From an uncultured Bacillota bacterium (lineage in GTDB: Bacteria > Bacillota > DTU025 > MWDF01), in contig CAWGMK010000010.1 in NCBI GenBank assembly GCA_963823655.1, positions 96,001 to 160,000 on the forward strand: 64,000 nt of DNA. The letters run 5' to 3'. Positions 56,143 to 64,000 of this stretch are shown piece by piece (the first letter of the stretch is position 1; each line of letters opens with the position of its first letter). A program made the translations under genes and the position numbers. The notes beneath the pieces were generated by a model. It searched no databases. It saw nothing but the letters and a program-made list of their open reading frames with translations, and was not told the origin of the DNA.

Positions 56143-56661
56143 ATGAAAAGAAAGTTCCTGGTATCAGTCATTATCCTTACGGTTATGTCCGTATCCCTGG
56201 CCGTTATGGCGGCGGGTCCGGCAGTTAAGCTCGTAAAAGGCGACGCGGCTCCGGTAGTAGCGGAGCTCGAGAAGCTCGAAAAGGTTGAGGGTCTGGCCCT
56301 GTACAAGAACTCCAAGGGGGTAATCTCCGGTCCCTTCAAAATCAAGGGAGTGAAGCTGTCAGAGGCGCTCAAGCTTGTGGGCGGAATGACGGCTGACGAG
56401 AAGCTGGTCATCACGTCCTCCGACGGCTATTTGACCGAGCTCACCTTCGCCCAGGCCAATGGCGAATTGGCGGTCACCAAGGCAGATGGATCGCCCGTCG
56501 AAGAGAAGCTCTCTGTAGTGCCCGTGCTGATCACCTGGTCGGAGCCCGCCATGGAGAAGGACCTGCCAAGGCTCGCCTTCATAACACAGGCAGGTCACAT
56601 CACCGAGAGCAAGTACTGGGCGCGCAATGTAGTAGAGATAAAAGTGGTTCCGGCGAAATAG
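56143..56661 (+). CDS. Secreted single-domain paralogue of the preceding protein
   Basis: GPFKIKGV..SSDGY..LTFAQ..PR..WARNVVEIKV aligns with the first domain of 55163-56131. Confidence 0.75.
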   Translation: MKRKFLVSVIILTVMSVSLAVMAAGPAVKLVKGDAAPVVAELEKLEKVEGLALYKNSKGVISGPFKIKGVKLSEALKLVGGMTADEKLVITSSDGYLTELTFAQANGELAVTKADGSPVEEKLSVVPVLITWSEPAMEKDLPRLAFITQAGHITESKYWARNVVEIKVVPAK

Positions 56662-56683
56662 GGAAGATTTAGCTGCCAGTTTT

Positions 56684-56719
56684 GGGGCGCCTTTCGGTCG
56701 TACGAAGGGCGCCCTTTTC
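56684..56719 (+). terminator. Intrinsic terminator
   Basis: ggggcgcctttcg...cgaagggcgccc then tttt. Confidence 0.8.
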
Positions 56720-56825
56720 AACATAAGCGCATTGAAAAAGGTTATAATTTATCTGTTAAGATGCTGTAATAAACCGCCTGGCCCCTCGTAAAGGAGCGCA
56801 CAGGCGCATTTACGGAGGTGCACTG

Positions 56826-58589
56826 ATGGCAGATTCCCTCCGAATTTCGATAATTCAGATGGGGGCATATGACATACTAAGTCCGCACCATGCGGACAAT
56901 GAGATGTTCTACATGCTTGAGATGGAGAAGGACTTCAAACCGGACATCATCCTTCTTCCCGAGTGCGCCTGGCCGGGCTATTTCCTCTCCGGCTGGGACT
57001 ACTCCATGCAGGAGAAATCGGATGATATTAGAGCCAGGCTCGCCCAGACGGCAAGGAGGCTCGACTGCTTCATAGTTGCCGGACTGCCGGAGCCGGATAA
57101 GAGCGGGCCCACAGCCCAGATGCTCCCCTTCAACGAGGGCTGGATGCAGCCAGAGCCATCGCCCCTGTTCAATTCCGCGATCGCGTGGAACAAGCAGGGC
57201 AAGGTGGTCGCTTCGGGCCATAAGATCAATTTGTGGCACTTCGATTCACGTTGGTTCATGAAGGGTGAATCGCCGGCCTCCTTCCGCACGAAATGGGGAA
57301 AAGTAGGCCTTATAGTCTGCGCGGACGCGAGGGTCCCCGGCATAGTGGAGACGCTTACAGAGGACGGCTGCCGCCTGGTATTGAACTGCACCAACTGGGT
57401 AACGTCCGGACCAGACAGGTCGAGGCTCACAAACCCCCAGGCGGACTACCTGATAAGAGTCAGGGCGGTCGAGAACAACGTATGGATCGCTTCGTCCAAC
57501 AAGGTGGGCCTGGAAGACGGCCTCATAGCCTTCTGCGGGGGCTCGCAGCTCGTATCCCCTGAAGGGGTTACGGTAAGCAGGGCTTCGTCCGACAGGATAG
57601 AGACCATAAGGGCGGAGATACCTCTCGATGAGCAGGGCAGGATAGCTCTGCCGGAGCCCAAGATCGAAAGGATCAGCAACGCGGCATACTACGACGCAGC
57701 CGTTACAGGCCTTTCCGTACAGCCTGCCGCTGAGCCGACGGCCGAAACTCCCCTGGCGTCCGGAGATAGTGAAGACGGAGCGGCCAGCGGCGATAAAGGC
57801 CTGAAGATTCAAGGTTATTGCCCGAGGCCCTCATATCCCTACATGGCGGTGGTCCAGCAGTCTCCGGAATCGGCAGGGCAGCCCGGCACAGGGCTGATTG
57901 CCAAGGCAGCGGTGAAAAGGCTGGCTGCTAAGATAGATGCGCTCGATGCGGACATTGTGGTGTTCTCCGGGACTTTCGCGGCCCTTCCGGGCCCGGATCC
58001 CCAGGCCGGGGCGCTATTAAATGAGCCCGGCATAAGGAAACGCCTGCTGGTAATACCGTACGGAAGGTGCGCCAAGTGCGGAAACCCTATTGGAGGGGCG
58101 GACGTCTGCTTTGATGGCAAGTCCCTTCAGCAATACGGCGCTTTGAGCGTCAGGGAGGCCACCAGAGGCTGCCCCAGGTGCGGCAACGGGGATTCCGTGG
58201 CGCTGGCACCTGTAGTGCAGACTCCTTTCGGCCCGCTGGGGCTCGTCCTCGGCAGGGAGGGGCACGAGCACAGGTTGATAGCGAACCTCGCCGGCATGGG
58301 AGTGGGCATGTTCGCATGGATAACATCGGGCCTGGTACATGAGCATGAGATTGTGGCTCGGGCAAGGGCGATGGAAAGCAGGGTCTGGGTGGCCACTGCC
58401 AACCCGGCGCGCATAGTAGGGAAAGCGGACGGCCCGGAGGCACATTCTGGGCTCAGCCTCATTGCAGAGCCCGATGGAAGGGTAGCTTCATGCGCATTCC
58501 CGGACGAAGAGCAGATCATATGCTCCTACTGCGATTTGTGCCTGACTGAAAGGGCCGAGGCCGTTCCAGGCACGCTTGCAACAAGATAG
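56826..58589 (+). CDS. Carbon-nitrogen hydrolase (nitrilase superfamily) with a second degenerate domain
   Basis: Domain 1 has LPE, HKINL and IVCAD (E-K-C triad) plus RAVEN; domain 2 has TPFGPLG and RAMES. Confidence 0.85.
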   Translation: MADSLRISIIQMGAYDILSPHHADNEMFYMLEMEKDFKPDIILLPECAWPGYFLSGWDYSMQEKSDDIRARLAQTARRLDCFIVAGLPEPDKSGPTAQMLPFNEGWMQPEPSPLFNSAIAWNKQGKVVASGHKINLWHFDSRWFMKGESPASFRTKWGKVGLIVCADARVPGIVETLTEDGCRLVLNCTNWVTSGPDRSRLTNPQADYLIRVRAVENNVWIASSNKVGLEDGLIAFCGGSQLVSPEGVTVSRASSDRIETIRAEIPLDEQGRIALPEPKIERISNAAYYDAAVTGLSVQPAAEPTAETPLASGDSEDGAASGDKGLKIQGYCPRPSYPYMAVVQQSPESAGQPGTGLIAKAAVKRLAAKIDALDADIVVFSGTFAALPGPDPQAGALLNEPGIRKRLLVIPYGRCAKCGNPIGGADVCFDGKSLQQYGALSVREATRGCPRCGNGDSVALAPVVQTPFGPLGLVLGREGHEHRLIANLAGMGVGMFAWITSGLVHEHEIVARARAMESRVWVATANPARIVGKADGPEAHSGLSLIAEPDGRVASCAFPDEEQIICSYCDLCLTERAEAVPGTLATR

Positions 58590-58612
58590 TCCCGAAAAAC
58601 GGAGGTCCGGCG

Positions 58613-59539
58613 ATGAGAAGGTCTTCGATAATTGCACTTATTGTCCTTTTGGCGATGATGGCAGTTCAGTCCACAGGATGCACAGCGGGGTATAAGCCGA
58701 AGGTTGTAGTGCTGAACGGCGTCACGGGCCTGGGGCTGGCGAAGCTGTTGGGGAGCCCGGATTACGAGGTCGAGGTTGGCAAATCGGCGGACGTGGCGGT
58801 TGCAAGGCTCACTTCCAAGACCGCTGACGCTGCGGCCCTTCCCGTATCAACTGCCGCGCTGCTTCGAAGCAAAGGCACTGCCATAAGATTGGCCGCTATC
58901 ACCAACTATGGCTCCCTATACATCCTTACTTCCGGCAAAAACGTGGATATACCCTCCATAGCGGCATCCTTCCTCGGGGTTCCCGGCAGGGGCACGATGC
59001 CCGACGTAACGATGAGCATGCTGCTTTCGGAGTACAAAGTACAAGGCACCGGAGTGCAGTACTATTCCTCGCCAGCCGAGCTTGCCAACCTTCTTGCAGC
59101 CGGCAGGGTGGAGGCGGCGCTTCTTCCCGAGCCGTGGGTCAGCCAGGTACTTTCGGCAAACAGCTCGCTTAAAATTGCCGTAGATATGCAGAAGGCTTTC
59201 AAGGACGCCTATGGCTTCGACTATCCGCTAAGCTGCGTCGTTGTGAGCGAAAGCTTCGCAACCGACAGGCCGGCAGAGCTCAAGAAACTGCTTGAGGACA
59301 TCAAGGCGAGCGTCGCTTGGGTCGTGTCGAACCCGGCGAAGGCCGCACTGGTCGCCGAGGAGAGGCTCTCGATGGAGAAAGGCGCGACCGAAGCTGCGAT
59401 CCCGCGCTGCAATTTCGAATACCTGGATGGTCTTAAAGCCAGGGAAGCCGCCCTTGCCTTCTACAGTAAGGTGCTTTCCGTATCGCCTGCCATGATCGGA
59501 GGGAAGCTCCCCGATGAGGCGTTCTACATCTCGAAATAG
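58613..59539 (+). CDS. ABC transporter substrate-binding lipoprotein (SsuA/TauA/NlpA-like)
   Basis: STGC lipobox; ALLPEPW; LPDEAFY. Confidence 0.82.
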   Translation: MRRSSIIALIVLLAMMAVQSTGCTAGYKPKVVVLNGVTGLGLAKLLGSPDYEVEVGKSADVAVARLTSKTADAAALPVSTAALLRSKGTAIRLAAITNYGSLYILTSGKNVDIPSIAASFLGVPGRGTMPDVTMSMLLSEYKVQGTGVQYYSSPAELANLLAAGRVEAALLPEPWVSQVLSANSSLKIAVDMQKAFKDAYGFDYPLSCVVVSESFATDRPAELKKLLEDIKASVAWVVSNPAKAALVAEERLSMEKGATEAAIPRCNFEYLDGLKAREAALAFYSKVLSVSPAMIGGKLPDEAFYISK

Positions 59540-60287
59540 CTTTTATACGGCGGCGGGGCTAGCCCTGTTGATTGCCATATGGTGGGCAGGATCGCTTATC
59601 ATCGGCAGCGTCATCCTGCTGCCCACGCCTGCTGAGGCATGGCTTGCTCTGCTGAGGATTTCTGCAAAGCCGGGCTTCCTTTCGGATCTGGGGGCAACGG
59701 GCCTTCGCGTCCTGATCGCATTCGCCCTATCATTCGCCCTGGGGCTGCTTGCAGGCGTTGCGTCCGGCATGTCCGGTGCGGCAAAAGGGATGCTTTCGCC
59801 GTTATTGGCTGCCCTTCGGACGATCCCCTTCATATCACTCTCTGTGCTTTCGATAATCTGGTTCCCGTCAGGCACCGTGCCCATCTTCGTGGCGTTTTTA
59901 ATGGCATTTCCGATCGTCGCATCTGATGTATCGGAGGGGCTGGGCTCAGTCGATGCGGGGCTTATCGAGATGTCCCGAGTTTTCAAGGTGAGCCGCACAA
60001 AGATGCTAAGGAGACTTTACCTTCCGTCCATAGCCCCGTATCTTGTGTCCGCAAGCGCGCAGTCGCTGGGCATGTCATGGAAGATCGTAGTCTCCGCCGA
60101 AGTGCTCTCAATACCTGCAAAAGGAATCGGAGCGCGGATGGACGCGGCGCGAGCCTTCCTTGAGACTCCAGAGCTTTTCGCCTGGACTTTGCTGCTCGTA
60201 ATCCTGGGCTTTCTGGCCGACCTCGCCCTGGGGGCAATGATGGCAAGGGCTTTCAGGAGGAAGGAGGGAAAGCTTTGGCAGGAGTGA
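59514..60287 (+). CDS. ABC transporter permease (SsuC/TauC-like)
   Basis: LLPTP, LIEMSRVF, SWKIVVSAE, GIG. Confidence 0.87.
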   Translation: MRRSTSRNSFYTAAGLALLIAIWWAGSLIIGSVILLPTPAEAWLALLRISAKPGFLSDLGATGLRVLIAFALSFALGLLAGVASGMSGAAKGMLSPLLAALRTIPFISLSVLSIIWFPSGTVPIFVAFLMAFPIVASDVSEGLGSVDAGLIEMSRVFKVSRTKMLRRLYLPSIAPYLVSASAQSLGMSWKIVVSAEVLSIPAKGIGARMDAARAFLETPELFAWTLLLVILGFLADLALGAMMARAFRRKEGKLWQE

Positions 60288-61006
60288 TCATAAAGGGCCT
60301 ACGGAAGGCCTTTGACGGGGTGGACGTCTTCTCGGGCGTGGGGCTTGAGCTTACAGAGGGGAAAATAACAGCGATACTCGGGCCTTCCGGAAGGGGCAAG
60401 ACCACGCTGCTGAGGATAATCTGCGGCCTTGATAAGCAGACGGACGGGCAAGTGCAGATGCCTGAAGGCGCCACATGTTCCGTTGCCTTCCAGGAGCCGA
60501 GGCTAATCCCTTGGCTTACGATCGGAGAGAACATGTCCTACTGCCTTGGGGATGCAGGCATGGCCGCGGCAAGCTCCTGGCTTGCAGAGCTGGGGCTTGG
60601 GGATTTCGCCGACAGATTCCCGTGCAGCATGTCCGGCGGTGAAAGGCAGAGGGCGAACCTCGCAAGGGCGCTTGCGGCAAAATCATCACTGCTGCTTCTC
60701 GATGAACCTTTTAACTCAATCGGGCTTGGCATGAAAGCAGAGCTGCTGCCAAGGCTGAGGGCGAAGTTCGCAAACGAGGGCAGGACGGTCGCAATGGTCA
60801 CTCACAGCCCGGTAGATGTGGCGCTGATGGCCGACAGGTTCTATCTAATGGACGGGGACGGAATGGGCGCGCAGGGCCCGTTCGGGCTTAATATCGAAGG
60901 TGTGGAAAGAGACCTCGCAGATGAGGCCATGGGACAAGAGGTCCACAGGTTGATGCTGCTTATGGCGTCTTTGGGGACGGGGGTGCAAAAGGCGGATGGG
61001 CGATAA
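60275..61006 (+). CDS. ABC transporter ATP-binding protein (SsuB/TauB-like)
   Basis: GPSGRGKTT, FQEPRLIPW, MSGGERQR, LDEPF, VTH. Confidence 0.9.
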   Translation: MAGVIIKGLRKAFDGVDVFSGVGLELTEGKITAILGPSGRGKTTLLRIICGLDKQTDGQVQMPEGATCSVAFQEPRLIPWLTIGENMSYCLGDAGMAAASSWLAELGLGDFADRFPCSMSGGERQRANLARALAAKSSLLLLDEPFNSIGLGMKAELLPRLRAKFANEGRTVAMVTHSPVDVALMADRFYLMDGDGMGAQGPFGLNIEGVERDLADEAMGQEVHRLMLLMASLGTGVQKADGR

Positions 61007-61716
61007 TCCGGAGAGGTTCGCAAGGGAAGAGCTCCTGGTAGGAAAAGAGGGCATCGAGAAGCTGGCCTCAAGCCACGTCGCGGTCTTCGGCATCGGTGGC
61101 GTTGGTTCGTTCTGCGCTGAGGCCCTGGTAAGAGCAGGTATAGGAGAGATTACATTCGTAGATTCGGATACTGTGCAGGAGAGCAATTCCAACAGGCAGC
61201 TTGTCGCGCTTGTCAGCACTCTGGGCCGCGCGAAAGTCGATGTGATGGCAGAAAGGGCGCTGGACATCAACCCTGAACCTGAAAGTCCATGCGATAAAGG
61301 CGTGGTTCGGGCCCGATAACGCGGAGCAGATGCTCTCATCCGGGTTCGATTACGTGGCGGATGCGATAGACAGCGTGGAATCCAAGCTGGAACTCATCCG
61401 GAAGTGCCATGAAAAGGGGATTATGATAGCCTCCTCGATGGGCGCCGGCAACAAGCTCGACGCGACCGGCTTCAAAATCGCGGACATCTCCTCCACACAT
61501 ACTTGCCCGCTTGCAAAGGCCATAAGGACGAGGCTCAAGCGCGAGGGGATAACAAACGGGATAACAGTCGTATTCTCGGAGACTGAGCCTGTAAGGAGGG
61601 CCCCAGGGCCTCCTGGCAGCATATCTTTCGTGCCGCCGGTCGCAGGCCTGCTTTTGGCCCAGGTCATAATTAGGGGGCTGCTGGAGAGGGAGGCCGTGCC
61701 TGAGGGTTCAATTTAA
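60996..61716 (+). CDS. tcdA: tRNA threonylcarbamoyladenosine dehydratase (ThiF family), frameshifted near 61280
   Basis: GIGGVGS, SNSNRQL, DAIDS, SSMGAGNK, CPLAK, GSISFVP. Confidence 0.88.
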
Positions 61717-61743
61717 AAAGCCCGCCTTCTTTTAAGGCGGGCC
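61716..61743. terminator. Terminator between convergent genes
   Basis: aaaa-gcccgcctt-ctttt-aaggcgggc. Confidence 0.75.
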
Positions 61744-61762
61744 TGATAAGAGCTTAACTATC

Positions 61763-62978
61763 TTATTTCAAAGTCCATTCTGACTTCTGGCTCACTCCTG
61801 TTATAGGGTCTATGACCTTGTCTTCCATCCAGTAGACGAGCACGCCGTCGTTCGATCTGTATACCCAAGCCCTCTTGAAGTTCTTGCCGAACTCGAAGAT
61901 GCCAATCCTGTTGGTGCCGTCCTTGGCAAGACCGATGTAGCTTACCTCTAGCACTGTGTTCGTGATGGGGTCCTTGTCCAGGACCTGGCCCTCGCGAAGC
62001 TTGGCATATTGCGCCAATCGGCAGCCAGAACGAGCCGCTCAGCTGGGATAAGCCGATGCTTATCTTTGACTCGTAGGATTCCTTTTCGCTGTATATCCGG
62101 GAAATGTTTGCGGTTATGAGGTTCTGCTCGACCTTCTCGATTTTGAATTGCATCAGCGCGGGGACTGACAGCCCCGGCCCCGACTTGGGGCTCCAGGTCT
62201 GGATATTGCCCTCATAGGCGAGGCTAAGTCCCGCCTTGGCGAACCCCGGCAGCACCGCGCCCGACCAGGGGAGGATCATATAGCGCATGGAATAGAACTC
62301 AACTGCGTTGATTTCGACTTCCGCGCCTGCTTTGGGCCTTGTCACCCTGGCGCTGTAAAGCAGCAGCCCGGTGGACTTCTCTACAATCCATACATAGAAC
62401 GCGTCGGTCTGCTCGGTTGATTCATAGGATATCTTAACCGCCTGATACTCTTGGCTGTATATCTTCCACGTGGTGTTCTCCATCTTGAGCCCAGGCTTCG
62501 CCGGGGCCGGGGCTTTTATAAGGTCAGGGTGGAGCCAGAACGAACCCATGCCGGAAGGCGAGATATCGCTCGTATCTTCCCAGGGCAGGAAGGCCATATC
62601 GAAGAATGCAGTGCTCGAAGAGGCCGTGAGCTTTCCTGATACTCCGGTGATATCGGTCCTGACTAGCATCGGGTTCACCGAGATCTGTTCGGGTTTCTGC
62701 AGCGTAAGCTCCGAAAGCTTTAAGACTGCCGCGGATTCGGACTTGCTCAGCTTGCCTGATGATGTACGATAATAGACCCTAAGCCCCTCTTTAAGCCATG
62801 AGGGGGCGGAGAGGCTATTGATTCCGGGAAACAGGCTCAACAGGATTTCGCTTCCCTGCGCGCTGTCCTTGGCATCTGCAGCCGTTGCCACAGGGGCCGC
62901 CATGGAAGGCAGGAGCGCCGATGAAGCGAATACCGCCGCTACTATAAGCAGGATGAGGATTTTCGCGGGGGTTCTCAT
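61763..62978 (-). CDS. Secreted hypothetical protein with internal duplication; frameshift near 62015
   Basis: GAGGAG RBS and signal peptide; C-terminus continues in ORF 61763-62017. Confidence 0.7.
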
Positions 62979-63138
62979 TACAAATTCCTCCTATAGACCG
63001 AGGTGCAGGATTAAGCACCATTGGTACCGAATGTAACCTTATCAAATATCCATCGTATCTATATTATATTACGTGTCGGAGGGCAAATACCTCTCACTGT
63101 GTGTGATATTTGCCCAAGGCGGGCGGAGGACGGCTATA

Positions 63139-64000
63139 TTGAAGAAGGTTTTGCTGGCATCTTTCATTACGATTCTTCTCTTCACCTCCGGGTGCGTCCC
63201 GCAGGAGAACTGCCGCGTGAGCCTGTACGGAGAGGTTGTCGATGCGGCCACCGGCATGGGCCTGCCTGACGTCAAGGTGCAGGTCCTGGATGGTTCGTAT
63301 TATTGCGAGAGCGGCTCGGACGGTTCATATGAGATGCCTGTGATAAATATGAAGCCGGGGAAAGTAGTCCTGGTTTTCAGCAAGTCAGGATTCGGATCCG
63401 TTACCAAGGAAGTTGCAGTGTCTAGAAGCGGAAGCATACGAGTGGACGCGTCGCTTTTTGGCGAATCGGCCGGTGATGCCCTCGTAGAGTTTCAAGTTCA
63501 CGCTTATAAACGACTATGAGCCGGGGGCGGCCCCCAGATCAGCAGCCTCCTCCTATAAGTCAGTATTTGTTGAAGCCGGCGAACCATTGGAAGCAACTGC
63601 TGTTGTAGTATATCCCAGGGCAGGGAGCAAGTTCTCCGAGACTATGGAATCTCTTCAAAAGTTAGAAGCGGAGCTTATCGAAACGGACGCCGAGATGGGC
63701 TATTTGTTAGTTGGCGTCCCGGATGGCGTTGACTCATACGAATATGCTCAGATATTGGGCTCGCAGCCCTGGGCAGAAGATGCGGAGCCCGATTATATAT
63801 GTTTCCCTACAGGAGGTTATGTGCCCGACGACCCGTTGTGGCCATTGCAGTGGGGGCCTAGGGCCATGAGCATGCACAGGGCATGGATGTACGGCATACC
63901 TGCGGCTCCGGTAATCGTCGCAGTCGTTGACACAGGGGTGGACACGACGCACCCTGACCTTGAGGCAAGGTGCCTGCCTATGCTCAATGCGATAAACACG
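63139..64000 (+). CDS. Lipoprotein S8 (subtilisin-like) peptidase with N-terminal carboxypeptidase-regulatory-like domain; frameshift near 63515; runs off the window
   Basis: FTSGC lipobox; GEVVDAATG; later AEPDY, PDDPLWPLQWG, VIVAVVDTGVDTTHPDL (catalytic Asp motif). Confidence 0.8.

Noticed and set aside
56770-56810. Hairpin cgcctg..caggcg before the nitrilase gene as an ncRNA
   Set aside because: Short, imperfect and matches no motif I recognise.

Overview
The window looks like two unrelated genomes joined at ~13,498/13,499, with many single-base indels that break genes (probably long-read consensus errors). Left part (1-13.5 kb, very GC-rich): a large repeat surface protein with about five nucleotide-identical 357-bp units, an M14 carboxypeptidase, a BMP-type nucleoside/sugar ABC transporter, and two head-to-head truncated genes. 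Right part (13.5-64 kb, moderate GC, Bacillota-like housekeeping genes but with predicted outer-membrane barrels): a ~20-kb cluster of DUF11-family Ig-like proteins, then feoAB-fur, ECF and ABC transporters and enzymes. Best candidate for a new system (21.9-33.2 kb): the DUF11 domain is split between subunits. Some subunits end in a DUF11 lacking its last two strands; others begin with exactly those strands, including the predicted isopeptide Asn. This predicts a sortase-independent, donor-strand-complemented, covalently cross-linked pilus with a tip, a major pilin, a catalytically dead chaperone/cap and a beta-barrel anchor. Other highlights: a P3-less (Tuco-type) Moco riboswitch controlling secreted Moco-fold proteins, an ECF-mobB locus with a homologous protein (possible Mo/W-cofactor salvage), and a deiodinase-like selenoprotein with an in-frame UGA and SECIS-like hairpin. 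All calls come from reading motifs by eye; no searches were run.
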